This document shows, one piece after another, positions 22,633-32,894 of a DNA stretch of 64,000 nucleotides. The translations under genes and the position numbers were made by a program. This DNA is from Candidatus Methanomethylophilaceae archaeon (GTDB lineage: Archaea > Thermoplasmatota > Thermoplasmata > Methanomassiliicoccales > Methanomethylophilaceae). The stretch spans positions 352,001 to 416,000 of the forward strand of contig CALUHR010000013.1 in NCBI GenBank assembly GCA_944320495.1. The letters run 5' to 3'. Each line of letters begins with the position of its first letter. Within the stretch, counting starts at the first letter, position 1. The notes under the pieces are model-generated. The model searched no databases, was not told the origin of the DNA, and saw only the letters and a list, made by a program, of their open reading frames with translations.

Positions 22633-24213
22633 ATGGTTGTCAAGGTGCTGATTTCCGACCCCCTGTCCGAGGACGGGGTCAAGATACTGAAGGATGCGGG
22701 TTTCCAGGTCGACGAGAAATCCGGGCTCTCCGAGGACGAGCTCTGCGGGATCATCGGCGAGTACGACGCGCTGATCATAAGGTCCGGGACCAAGGCCACC
22801 GCCAAGGTCATCGAGGCCGGGAAGAACCTGAAGGTCATCGGACGCGCCGGAGTCGGAGTGGACAACATCGACGTCCCCGCCGCCACCGAGCACGGCGTCC
22901 TCGTCATGAACACCCCCTCCGCCAACATCCTGTCCGCGGCCGAGCACTCCTGTGCCATGCTCCTCGCCCTGGCCAGGAACATCCCCTTCGCCCACGACTC
23001 CATGCACAGGGGCGAGTGGAAGAGGTCCAAGTACACCGGGGTCGAGATGAACGGCAAGGTGCTGGGCATCATCGGCGTCGGACGCGTCGGCGGAGAGGTC
23101 GCCAAGCGCATGAAGGCCTTCAACATGACCCTCATCGGATACGACCCGTTCCTCCCCAAGGACGTCGCGGACTCCATCGGCGTCAGGCTGACCACCCTGG
23201 ACGAGGTCCTGTCGACCTCCGACTTCATGACCATCCACACCCCGCTGCTGCCCGAGACCAGGAACATGATCTCGATGCCGCAGTTCAAGATGATGAAGCC
23301 CAACGCGCGCCTCGCCAACGTGGCCCGCGGAGGCATCGTCAACGAGGACGACCTGTACACCGCCCTCAAGGAGAAGGTCATCGCCGGTGCCGCCTTCGAC
23401 GTCTGGTGCAACGAGCCCCTCAGCGACGACGAGAAGAAGCTCCTCGAGCTGGACAACCTCGTCGTGACCCCCCATCTCGGAGCCTCCACCGTCGAGGCCC
23501 AGGAGAGGGTGGCCATCGAGATCGCCGAGCACGCCGCCATGTACCTCAGGGACGGCATCGTCTCCAACGCCATCAACGCGCCCCGCGGCAAGCTGGACGC
23601 TGAGACGGAGCCCTACATGCCCCTCGCCGAGAGGATGGGCTCCCTGGTGCAGCAGATGGTCGGCAACCATCCCCTGGACAAGATCGAGATCGCCTACTGC
23701 GGAGGGCTCGCCGGTAAGCAGACCAAGATGCTCACCGTCGAGACGATCATCGGATACCTCAGGAACGTCGTCGGCACCGCGAACATCATCAACGCGCTGC
23801 CCATCGCCAAGCAGAAGGGCATAGAGATCGCCGAGACCAGCAACGACACCGCCAAGGACTACGCCAGCGTCGTGGAGGTCAGGTTCACCTCCGAGGGCAG
23901 GACCCGCTACATCCGCGGCACCGTCATCGGCGGGGTCCCCAGACTCGTCGGCGTGGACGGCTTCTCGTTCGACATCCCCATGAGCGGGGACATGATGTAC
24001 CTCAGCTACGAGGACGCCCCCGGCGTCATCGGCGTCGTCGGCAACGCCCTCGGGTCCGCGGGCATCAACGTCGCCCAGATGACCGTCGCCAGGAGCGGCA
24101 CCCGTGCCATGATGTTCCTCACCGTCGACAGCAACATCGACGAGGACATCGTCGCGAAGGTCGCCAAGGACGTCGGCACCGACGACGTCAGGTTCCTCGA
24201 CCTCGTGGAGTGA
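22633..24213 (+). CDS. serA: D-3-phosphoglycerate dehydrogenase
   Basis: GRAGVGVDNID, GVGRVG, TPHLGAST, C-terminal ACT domain. Confidence 0.96.
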   Translation: MVVKVLISDPLSEDGVKILKDAGFQVDEKSGLSEDELCGIIGEYDALIIRSGTKATAKVIEAGKNLKVIGRAGVGVDNIDVPAATEHGVLVMNTPSANILSAAEHSCAMLLALARNIPFAHDSMHRGEWKRSKYTGVEMNGKVLGIIGVGRVGGEVAKRMKAFNMTLIGYDPFLPKDVADSIGVRLTTLDEVLSTSDFMTIHTPLLPETRNMISMPQFKMMKPNARLANVARGGIVNEDDLYTALKEKVIAGAAFDVWCNEPLSDDEKKLLELDNLVVTPHLGASTVEAQERVAIEIAEHAAMYLRDGIVSNAINAPRGKLDAETEPYMPLAERMGSLVQQMVGNHPLDKIEIAYCGGLAGKQTKMLTVETIIGYLRNVVGTANIINALPIAKQKGIEIAETSNDTAKDYASVVEVRFTSEGRTRYIRGTVIGGVPRLVGVDGFSFDIPMSGDMMYLSYEDAPGVIGVVGNALGSAGINVAQMTVARSGTRAMMFLTVDSNIDEDIVAKVAKDVGTDDVRFLDLVE

Positions 24214-24611
24214 TGGGCTTGGCAGTCATCACGATCAGCGAGCTGACCTCCGCCATCAGGAACAGCATCGACAGCAGCTCCAGGGAGATGGAGGAGGAGG
24301 AGGCGTACGACCTCGCCCACAGGGTCCTGAACTTCTTCGGGTACTCGGACAGGATCATCGACAACATCCTGGAGCCGGAGGACCGCGACGCCTTCTACAT
24401 GCTGGAGGACGCCGGCATCCTGACCACCGAGAGGGAGGAGACCACCCTCTACGACGGCAGGGAGTGGAGGATCCACTACTGGCTCTTCCGCAGGGAGAGG
24501 ATCGACCAGCTGATCAACCAGGGCCCCCGCAGGACGGAGGCCCGGGTGGAGGCCGAGTTCGACTACGACGAGCTGCCGGACGACATCTGGCAGCGCGGCT
24601 CCCAGGAATGA
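24213..24611 (+). CDS. Conserved Thermoplasmata hypothetical protein (DUF6015-like)
   Basis: FFGYSDRIIDNILEPEDRDAFY, GREWRIHYW. Confidence 0.7.
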   Translation: MGLAVITISELTSAIRNSIDSSSREMEEEEAYDLAHRVLNFFGYSDRIIDNILEPEDRDAFYMLEDAGILTTEREETTLYDGREWRIHYWLFRRERIDQLINQGPRRTEARVEAEFDYDELPDDIWQRGSQE

Positions 24612-26482
24612 GGATGGCCGTCTTCCCGTACCCCTACCGTCCCGGCCAGAGGGAGCTGGTCTCCTTCATAGACCGCTCCGCCCGGGACGGCATGTGTCCC
24701 GTCGTCGAGGCGGGGACGGGCACCGGGAAGACCGTCTCCTCCCTGGCCGGCATGCTCCCGCTGGCCGGGGAGCGGGACCTCAAGATAATCTATCTGACGC
24801 GCACGAAGTCCCAGCAGGCGCAGGTCCTGCGGGAGTGCTCCGCCATCGGCGGGGTCGTGTGCATCGGCCTCCAGGGCCGCTCCGCCTCCTCCTGTCCGAT
24901 GATGAGGGACGACCCGGACCTCAGGTCAGGCACCCCGGAGGAGATCTCGAAGCTGTGCTCCGAGCTGAAGCGCAGGACCGAATCCGGATGCGCCTGCCCG
25001 TACTTCGCCAACCTCGAGGGTGCGGACGAGGAGCACTGGCTCTCCGTCCTGTCGCAGGAGGGCATGACGCCGGAATCGTCCTCCGAGGTGTGCGAGGAGG
25101 CGGGACTGTGCCCGTACGAGCTCCTCAAGCACCTCCTGCCGAGGGCGGACGTCATCGCCGCCTCGTACCCGTTCATGTTCGTGCCGCCCATACTCGCGAG
25201 GTTCGAGGAGTGGGTGGGCGTGCCGGTGGAGAGGATGCTCGTCATCGCCGACGAGGCCCACAACCTCCCCGACTACCTGCGCGAGGTGCAGACCTACGAG
25301 TACAGCAGATGGTCCATGGACATGGCCGAGAAGGAGTCCAGGGAGTTCGGGGACCGGGAGATCCACCAGGGGATCACCGTCTCGGACGTGGCCGCCGTGC
25401 TGAGGGAGATACTGGAGGCCACGGCCAAGGAGTACCTGATCGACGAGGACGGCATCATCCCCCCGCACTTCGTGGAGGACGAGCTGATGGCCCGCCTCGG
25501 GGTGACGTCGGTCGGCCTCGGGAGGATCTCGAGGGGCCTGACGGACCTGGGGGACGTCATCGAGGAGCAGAGGAAGCAAAGGCGCAAGCTGCCCCGCTCC
25601 TACATCGGGATGATGGGGAGGTTCCTCGACGCGTGGATGTCGGAGGAGGACCCCAGCTGCGTCCGCCTGGTTATCGGAGGCACGAACCCCTGCTTCCAGT
25701 CCTACTGCATGGATCCAGCCCCGGCGGCGGAGCCGCTGAACGCGTGCCACTCGGCGCTGCTGATGTCGGGGACGCTGGAGCCTCTGGAGGACTATGTACG
25801 GGAGATGGGCATCGAGAGGCCGGCGATCCGCCGCCAGCCCAGCGCGTTCGACCCTGGCCATCTCCTCACGCTGTACACCGACAGGGTGTCGATGAAGTAC
25901 GAGGAGAGGTTCCTCGAATCCAACTATGCGGCGCTGAGGTCGCTCCTCCTCGACACCGTGAACTCCGTCCGCGTGAACACGGCGGTGTTCTTCCCGTCCT
26001 ACGACCTGATGGACAGGATGGTGTCCGAGGGCATCGTCGACGCCCTGGGCAGGGACGTGTACTTCGAGCGGAGGGGCATGCCGCAGGGGGAGCTGATGGA
26101 GACCTTCGACCAGTTCAGGACCTCCGAGGGGAGCGTCCTCTTCTGCGTGACCGGCGGCAGGATGAGCGAGGGCCTCGACTTCCCGGACAAGGCCCTGGAG
26201 CTCGCGGTGCTGATCGGGATACCGTATCCGAAGCCCACGGCCAAGTCCAGGGCCATGGTGCGCTACTACGACCGCCGCTTCGGGGACGGGACGAAGTACG
26301 TGACGAGGATCCCGGCGGAGCGCAAGATGCGCCAGTCCATCGGCCGTCTGATAAGGTCGGAGACGGACCGCGGGGTGGCGGTCATACTGGACCGGAGGGT
26401 CGTCTCCATGGATCTCGGGGCGATGCTCTGCTCCGACATACCCTCGGCGGTGGCCGCGTTCCTCTCCGAAGGCCGGTCGCGA
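24608..26482 (+). CDS. XPD/Rad3/DinG-family Fe-S DNA helicase (ends CGA CGA TAG)
   Basis: EAGTGTGKT, Fe-S cysteines, DEAHN, SEGLDF, QSIGRLIR. Confidence 0.9.
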
Positions 26483-26520
26483 CGATAGTTTTAGAAACAG
26501 GTGTCCGCAATCAGCCGTCC

Positions 26521-26790
26521 ATGGAATTCCAGGTCGACGAGGACGTCAAGAAGATGATAGCGGAGCATGACTGCGACTTCCGCATCTGCACCGCATGCTA
26601 CGGTCCGGCCCTGGTCACCACGGCCGTCAAACCCCCGAAGGAATCGGACATCAAGGTCCCGGTCGGGAACCACACGATCTTCGTCTCGCGCTACCAGGCG
26701 CCGTACGTCTCCCGCATAACGATGGACATGGTCTACAGCGAGGACGAGATCGACTCCTGTCCCGCCTTCTACACCAGGCGCCGCTACTGA
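26521..26790 (+). CDS. Small conserved hypothetical protein with CxxC
   Basis: RICTACYGP; coding-like codon use. Confidence 0.65.
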   Translation: MEFQVDEDVKKMIAEHDCDFRICTACYGPALVTTAVKPPKESDIKVPVGNHTIFVSRYQAPYVSRITMDMVYSEDEIDSCPAFYTRRRY

Positions 26791-26803
26791 CCCCGGTCGG
26801 CTC

Positions 26804-27145
26804 TCATGGGTCCGGCGGGGTCTCACCGTTCTTCGACAGGACCCCGTCGAACGCGTGTCTCAGGTTGTCCATGTCGTCCAGCGGGATCGGCGGGACGTCC
26901 TTCGACCTCTTGAAGAAGCAGGGTCCGAACAGCGGGCAGTGTTCCACCCCGTTGACATCCGTGAACACGTTCCCCTCCGCGATCTTGATTGCTCTCCTCT
27001 CAGTGCGTGTCCTGGTGAAGAGCGTGGTCAGTGATTTGGCCTTCTCGTTACGACCGGATTTCACCTCTATCGTCGTGACCTCGCTGTCCATGTAGGTCAG
27101 GATCCTTCTCTCCATGGAATCGATCTGGGTAAGATCATATTGCAA
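26804..27145 (-). pseudogene. C-terminal remnant of an AAA+/DUF4143-type protein
   Basis: TIEVKSG..KSL PD-(D/E)xK-like tail with no ATPase domain upstream; lower GC. Confidence 0.55.
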
Positions 27146-27189
27146 CTTTCATGAGGGAATATGCCATTGAAATTGCAACTTTCATGAGG
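27139..27189. repeat. Two 18-bp direct repeats, period 33 bp
   Basis: ATTGCAACTTTCATGAGG at 27139-27156 and 27172-27189. Confidence 0.9.
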
Positions 27190-27243
27190 AAATGAAAGGT
27201 CGGACCGATGCCTCCCCGGCGCATCGACGCCGGTGAAGCGGGT

Positions 27244-27873
27244 TCAGGCGCCGTCCAATCTGGCCGCATCGACCGAGGCCCTGGCGAGCGCATCGATGTC
27301 GACGGCAGCGCTCATCTCCGCCACCTTGGCGGGGTCCGCCTCCGTGACGGGGTGGATGGGAACGATGGAGCATCCGTGACCCGGTCTGATGGATATGTCA
27401 TAGGTCCCGATGTCCTTGGCTATGGCCTCGATCTCGAGCTTGTCCATGCCGATGAGCGGTCTGACGACGGGGAAGTCGAGACCCTGGTTCTCCGCGCGTA
27501 TGTTGCGGAGCGTCTGCGAAGCGACCTGTCCGAGCGAGTCGCCCATGACGATCCCGGAGCATCCGAGCCTTCTCCCCAGCTCCCTCGCCGTCCTCTGCAT
27601 GACGCGCTTGCACATGACGCACTGATAGGGATGGGGGCAACCATCGTGTATCGCGTCCTGTGACGGCGCGTGGGGGGCGATCCAGAGCGGGAGCTCCTGT
27701 CCGGTGGATTCCCTGAGCGCGTCTGCGATGTCCCTGACGTCGTCCAGCTGGACCGGTCCGGAATAGGGGGTGTTGTCCATGTGGAGGAGGACGACCTCGG
27801 CTCCCACGGAGCACATTCTGTGGACGGCGACCGGCGAGTCGATCCCGCCGGACATCAATGCGATGAGCCTCAT
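27244..27873 (-). CDS. ThiI-like PP-loop sulfurtransferase domain without THUMP
   Basis: LMSGGIDSPVA, CVMCKR, GDSLGQVASQTL.N, RPLIGMDK. Confidence 0.85.
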   Translation of the reverse strand: MRLIALMSGGIDSPVAVHRMCSVGAEVVLLHMDNTPYSGPVQLDDVRDIADALRESTGQELPLWIAPHAPSQDAIHDGCPHPYQCVMCKRVMQRTARELGRRLGCSGIVMGDSLGQVASQTLRNIRAENQGLDFPVVRPLIGMDKLEIEAIAKDIGTYDISIRPGHGCSIVPIHPVTEADPAKVAEMSAAVDIDALARASVDAARLDGA

Positions 27874-28436
27874 CGGAGGACCACGTCGCCGTAGTCGTCC
27901 GCCAGCTTCCTGGGAATGGCGTACCTGCACTCGGGGCAGTACAGGCCCTCGCCCTTCTTGTCGCGGACCATCTCGGTCTTGCACTTGGAGCAGAGCGCCC
28001 TGATGCATCCGAGGTGCTTGTCCTTGGTGGCGAGCTGGAGGGAGGGCTTGGTCTCGGTGACGACCGCCCTGATGTAGTCGCCCTTGCGGAGCTCCTTGGA
28101 CACGTCGTCGGTGTACTTGGGGGAGATCTTGGACACGTGGAGGGTCGCGTAGGTCTCCCCTCCCACGTTCTTGCTGGTGCCCTCCTTGGCCACGACGTCC
28201 GCGGTGGCCATGGTGCTCCTGATGTCGGCCACGACCGCGTAGACGACGTCCCCCTTCTTCAGGATGTTAGGGGGGTTGGGGCAGACGACGGATGCGGTGC
28301 ACTCGTCGTCGTCCAGAACGAGGGTGCCGACCTGGGACGCGTAGACGGTACCGTTGTCCGCGAAGGTCCCCTCTCCCGCGGCGTACTCCTCTTCCACGGC
28401 GACCTCGTCGCCGGGCATGACGAACCTGGAATCCAT
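27873..28436 (-). CDS. csl4: Exosome RNA-binding protein Csl4 (ends CGA TGA)
   Basis: VMPGD, S1 domain, CSKC..CPEC zinc ribbon, RKLADDYG. Confidence 0.92.
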
Positions 28437-28441
28437 GTGAA

Positions 28442-29035
28442 TCACCTTATGCCGACCGCCGCGACCTCGACGGTCTGTCTCTCCTTTGAATGGAATGAAA
28501 ACTGATGCGGGATATCGTACTTATAGGTTCTACGCCAGAACACGGACCTCCCGCGGCGCCCGCAGAAGTCCTCCACGAATCCCAGGGTGGACGCCATGTG
28601 GATGGAGTAGACGCAGTCCGACAGTGCCAGCGCCCTCTCGAGGAACGGGCGGTCCGCGTGCGGGGTCTGGCACCCGAACGGGGGGTTCATCACCACGGTG
28701 TCCGCTCCCTCGGAGACGTCCCCGATCAGCGACTCGCGGAAGTCGACGTCCGCGCCGAGCGCGGAGGCGTTGGACCTCGCTATGGCGAGCGCCTCGGGGT
28801 CCACGTCGAAACCGACCACCATGCCGGCGCCGAGCAGCGCCGATCCGATGGAGAGCATCCCGGTCCCGCATCCCAGGTCCATGACCTTCAGCCCCCGGAT
28901 GTCCCCGCGGGAGTACGCCTCGAAGAGCATGTCCGCCGCTATCGTGGCGGGCGTCATGTACTGCTCGAGCGCGGAGCTCGGGTCCTCGAAGTTGCGGACC
29001 GACTGCAGGCGGATTTCCAGCTCCCTCTTCCTCAT
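28442..29035 (-). CDS. METTL5-family methyltransferase
   Basis: LEQYMTP, DLGCGTG, MNPPFG. Confidence 0.9.
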   Translation of the reverse strand: MRKRELEIRLQSVRNFEDPSSALEQYMTPATIAADMLFEAYSRGDIRGLKVMDLGCGTGMLSIGSALLGAGMVVGFDVDPEALAIARSNASALGADVDFRESLIGDVSEGADTVVMNPPFGCQTPHADRPFLERALALSDCVYSIHMASTLGFVEDFCGRRGRSVFWRRTYKYDIPHQFSFHSKERQTVEVAAVGIR

Positions 29036-29212
29036 CGCATGGCTAATGAGCGGTCCGGATATATCGTCTGTCTTCCCCGGCCGGTCTCTGCAATGTTGAG
29101 GATTCCATCTATCAAACAACGAATTTCGTAGTCGTTCTGGCATAGTTTAACTATAAGCAGGGGATTGATAGCACGCATACGTGAGTATGCACCTCGAAAG
29201 AGGGGGTATACT

Positions 29213-30769
29213 TTGGCCAAGATCAGAAGAGCTATCATAAGCGTCTCCGACAAGACCGGAATCGTCGACTTCGCGAAGGCGCTCTCCTCCATGGGCGTGG
29301 AGATCATCTCCACCGGCGGCACGTTCAAGGTTCTGAAAGAGGCGGGCGTCCCCGTCACCGAGGTCTCCGACGTCACCGGGTTCCCCGAGATGCTGGACGG
29401 CCGCGTCAAGACCCTCCATCCCAAGATACACGCCGGCATCCTGGCGCGCAGGGACATAAGGGAGCACATGGACTCCATCGAGAAGATGGGCATCGCTCCC
29501 ATCGACATGGTCGTCATCAACCTCTATCCGTTCAAGCAGACTGTGCTGAAGGACGGCGTGACCTTCGACGAGATAGTCGAGAACATCGACATCGGCGGGC
29601 CCAGCATGATCCGTGCCGCTGCCAAGAACTACAAGGACGTGGCGGTCGTCACGGAGCCCTCCCAGTACGACGCCATCGTGTCCGCGCTCAAGGAGAACGG
29701 CGAGCTCCCCCTCGAGATGCACGAGAGGCTCATGGCCGAGGCCTTCGTCACCACCGCCAACTACGACGCCATGATCGCGTCCCAGACGTCCAAGAGGTTC
29801 ATCGAGGGATTCCCCGAGTCGTTCCCCATACCGTCCGAGAAGGTCGAGGACCTCAGGTACGGGGAGAACCCCAACCAGAAGGCCGCCTTCTACAAGGACC
29901 CCTTCACCCCCGGCGTCACCGTCGCCAGGGCGGAGCACCTCCAGCACGGCAAGCAGCTGTCCTACAACAACATCCTGGACCTGGACAAGGCCCTGGACAT
30001 CTGCATGGACTTCGAGAGGCCGACCGCGACGGTCATGAAGCACACCAACCCGTGCGGCCTCGCGTCCGCGGACACTATCGAAGAGGCTTTCATCACCGCC
30101 TACAACGTCGATCCCCTCTCCGCCTTCGGATGCGTCATCTGCCTCAACAGGCCATGTTCGGTCGAGATCGCCAAGGAGATCTCCCAGCACTTCGTCGAGG
30201 CCGTAATCTGCCCCGACTACGAGCCCGGAGCGGTGGAGATCATGGAGGTCAAGAAAAACATCCGCCTCCTGAGGACCAACTCCCCCATCGGACCCGATTA
30301 CCGTGTCAGGGAGATGAAGGTCAAGAAGGTCCAGGGCGGGATGCTCGTCCAGACCGACGAGGACGTCCTCATCGACCCGAAGAACCTGAAGGTCGTCACC
30401 GAGCGCGCCCCCACCGAGGAGGAGGTCCACTCCCTGCTCTTCGCCTGGAAGCTCGCCAAGCACGTCACCTCCAACGCGGTCGTCTACGTCAGGGGCGAGC
30501 GCGCTGTCGGCATCGGTGCTGGCCAGATGAGCCGCGTCGACTCCGCGAAGATTGCATCCATGAAGGCCAACGAGCCCACGCAGGGCTGCGTCATGGCGTC
30601 GGACGCGTTCTTCCCGTTCAGGGACGGCGTGGACGAGGCCGCAGCGGCCGGCGTGACGGCCATCATACAGCCCGGGGGCAGCATCAGGGACCAGGAGGTC
30701 ATCGACGCCGCCAACGAGCACGGTATGGCGATGGTCTTCACCGGATGCCGCGTCTTCAGGCACGGATGA
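29213..30769 (+). CDS. purH: Bifunctional AICAR transformylase/IMP cyclohydrolase
   Basis: SVSDKTG, GRVKTLHP, LRYGENP, SDAFFPF; TTG start. Confidence 0.96.
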   Translation: MAKIRRAIISVSDKTGIVDFAKALSSMGVEIISTGGTFKVLKEAGVPVTEVSDVTGFPEMLDGRVKTLHPKIHAGILARRDIREHMDSIEKMGIAPIDMVVINLYPFKQTVLKDGVTFDEIVENIDIGGPSMIRAAAKNYKDVAVVTEPSQYDAIVSALKENGELPLEMHERLMAEAFVTTANYDAMIASQTSKRFIEGFPESFPIPSEKVEDLRYGENPNQKAAFYKDPFTPGVTVARAEHLQHGKQLSYNNILDLDKALDICMDFERPTATVMKHTNPCGLASADTIEEAFITAYNVDPLSAFGCVICLNRPCSVEIAKEISQHFVEAVICPDYEPGAVEIMEVKKNIRLLRTNSPIGPDYRVREMKVKKVQGGMLVQTDEDVLIDPKNLKVVTERAPTEEEVHSLLFAWKLAKHVTSNAVVYVRGERAVGIGAGQMSRVDSAKIASMKANEPTQGCVMASDAFFPFRDGVDEAAAAGVTAIIQPGGSIRDQEVIDAANEHGMAMVFTGCRVFRHG

Positions 30770-30810
30770 TCAGCACGGGGTGCCTCCGGGCATCCCGCAA
30801 ACCCCAAACG

Positions 30811-30830
30811 CCGGGTCCGGACGGACCCGG
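30811..30830 (+). terminator. Hairpin downstream of purH
   Basis: CCGGGTCCG-GA-CGGACCCGG. Confidence 0.4.
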
Positions 30831-31122
30831 TCCTCGTTCGGAATCCCATCAGGCTTGACATAGAGGGCATCGTCGATCCTCAGAGGAGGGTCGCAAGACG
30901 TCTTCGGGATGTCTGCCCGATCGGTTCGACCGGAGTTCTGATGAACCGAAGGGTCAGGGGGACCGCTTGCAACAGAACTCCCCGATTCTTGACCCATGGG
31001 ATCATGACAGTCGTCCTCGCTCGATCCGAAATCATGTCCTTTGTGCGCAGGCTCCTGCACGGATGTTCCGAGATGACCGGAAGGATGTCTCAACTCTACG
31101 ATTAAAATTAAATTATTATCGA

Positions 31123-31142
31123 TTATCGATAATTATAAATCC
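31123..31142 (+). promoter_or_regulatory. Palindromic operator plus TATA element, copy 1
   Basis: TTATCGATAATTATAAATCC; 18/20 identical to the minus-strand copy at 34203-34222. Confidence 0.6.
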
Positions 31143-31163
31143 GCATCGCATCTCACACGCCGC

Positions 31164-32126
31164 ATGAAAGCAAAGGAACTGCTGTCGAGCAGCGCATTCA
31201 TGATGTCGCTGGCTCTGATCGTCGCGCTCCTGACGAACCTGGGCGGGGTGTTCCCCGGCGAGGTCCTGGACGCCGATCTCAGGTCGAACCTGACGGTCCT
31301 CTTCCTAGCCATCATGATGACCCTCGCCCTGTCGAGGTACACCTTCAGCAACCTCAGTCCCGTCGCCCATTGGAAATCCGTCCTCAGGGCGATCGTGATG
31401 GGCCTCATCGTCGCCTCCCTCATCCCGCTCGCCGGATACTACCTGCTGAAGGACACCGAGTTCGGGAAGGAGGCCGCCGGTCTGATCTTCATCGCCGCCA
31501 CGCCCTTCGCCGCCTCCGTCGCTCCCCTGTCGTACATTCTCAGGGGCGACATGGAGCATGCCGCGAGGGGGACCATCTACGTCTACGTCCTCTCGCTCGT
31601 GTGGATTCCGTTCATCGTGTGGGTCACCCTCGGCGAGACGGTCGACATAATGACCGTCATCGAGGCCGTCATCGAGATCATCGGCATCCCGCTGGTCGTC
31701 TCCAGGCTGCTGACCAGGTTCAAGATGAGCAGGGAGTTCCTCGCGATCTTCATGAACTGCTGCATCTTCCTCCTGGTGTGGCTGTCCGTCGGTTCCACCA
31801 ACTTCTCCACTTCCACCGTCGGCATCCTCGTCGTGTTCGCCGTCATCGCGGCGCTCAGGTCCTTCGGTCTCGGCAACCTCATCGAGGTGGCGGAGAAGAG
31901 GGCGGGCCTGCCGTGGGGTCAGAGGGTCGCGGACATCCTGATGTCCTCCTACAAGAACAAGGGGATCGCCATCGCGATGTGCGCGGCCACCCTCGGACCG
32001 GACGCTGCCTTCGCCATGGTGGCTATAGCGACCTCCATCGTCGTGGAGATCAGCTGGGTCATCTTCATGGACTCGGTGCTCTTCAACCGCCGCAGGATGG
32101 AGAAGGAGCTCGCCGCGGAGGCCTGA
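31164..32126 (+). CDS. Sodium:bile-acid/arsenite symporter-like membrane transporter
   Basis: About 10 TM segments, ATPFAAS, SYKN.GIA. Confidence 0.7.
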   Translation: MKAKELLSSSAFMMSLALIVALLTNLGGVFPGEVLDADLRSNLTVLFLAIMMTLALSRYTFSNLSPVAHWKSVLRAIVMGLIVASLIPLAGYYLLKDTEFGKEAAGLIFIAATPFAASVAPLSYILRGDMEHAARGTIYVYVLSLVWIPFIVWVTLGETVDIMTVIEAVIEIIGIPLVVSRLLTRFKMSREFLAIFMNCCIFLLVWLSVGSTNFSTSTVGILVVFAVIAALRSFGLGNLIEVAEKRAGLPWGQRVADILMSSYKNKGIAIAMCAATLGPDAAFAMVAIATSIVVEISWVIFMDSVLFNRRRMEKELAAEA

Positions 32127-32279
32127 GAAGCCTATACAAACCCCTGCCCCGGAGTGGAGGTCACGAGATCCTCCCCCCCCCCTCCGGGAAGGGGCCTTAT
32201 GATGGCGGTTCCGCCATCATTCAGCAGTATATCTAGATTAATCCAAATACGACGAAGTAGTGGCGGCGTCAGAGAGACC

Positions 32280-32894
32280 ATGCCGAACTTCGACGATGTT
32301 TACTGGAACTCTTTCCTGCCTGCCTTCTTCGACAGGATGAGCGTCCTGATGAGGAAGAACATGACGCACATCGTCGAGGACTACGGTCTCACGAGCGCTC
32401 ACGCGATCTACCTCATAGCGCTGAAGCTGCAGGACGGCCAGACCCTCGTCAGCCTGTCCCGCTTCCTCGACCTCGACACGGCGAACACCAACCGCGTGAT
32501 CAAGGTCCTCAGGTCCAAGGGCCTCGTCTACGACGACAGGAGGTCGGAGAACAGCAAGAAGTACTCCATCTTCCTGACCGAATCAGGGAGGGATCTCGCC
32601 ACCAGGCTCATGGACGGCATAACGGAGCTCAACAACCAGTACTTCGCCGACATCCCCCGCGAGGACATCCTCCACATGCGCAAGACGCTGATCCATGTCT
32701 GCAACAACATGAACATGGACATCGACGGATACATGGGCTCGAAGCACGAGAACCCGTTCTTCACGCTCCTGCACATAACCCCTCTGGACGGCGACTACGC
32801 CACCGAGTCCAGGCGTCTCGTGGAGCCCGCCATGGCGGCTCGCGAGAAGGCCTGTGCGGCCGACACCGGAGTCTCGGGGGTAAGGTCCGCATGA
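32280..32894 (+). CDS. MarR-family transcriptional regulator
   Basis: LSRFLDLD.AN..RVIK.L..KGLV, IFLTESG. Confidence 0.85.
   Translation: MPNFDDVYWNSFLPAFFDRMSVLMRKNMTHIVEDYGLTSAHAIYLIALKLQDGQTLVSLSRFLDLDTANTNRVIKVLRSKGLVYDDRRSENSKKYSIFLTESGRDLATRLMDGITELNNQYFADIPREDILHMRKTLIHVCNNMNMDIDGYMGSKHENPFFTLLHITPLDGDYATESRRLVEPAMAAREKACAADTGVSGVRSA

Noticed and set aside
27139-27189. Mini-CRISPR array (ATTGAAA/ATTGCAAC resemble repeat ends)
   Set aside because: Only two 18-bp copies with a 15-bp spacer and no cas genes
29165-29212. 5' ORF extensions for purH, MarR (32154), ThiS (50634), DUF1015 (58132) and 58526
   Set aside because: No family similarity, a better start lies downstream, and they contain in-frame CGA
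30830-31100. ncRNA, riboswitch or small gene in long intergenic regions (also 50530-50720 and 56610-56815)
   Set aside because: Only short hairpins; no recognisable family or convincing ORF
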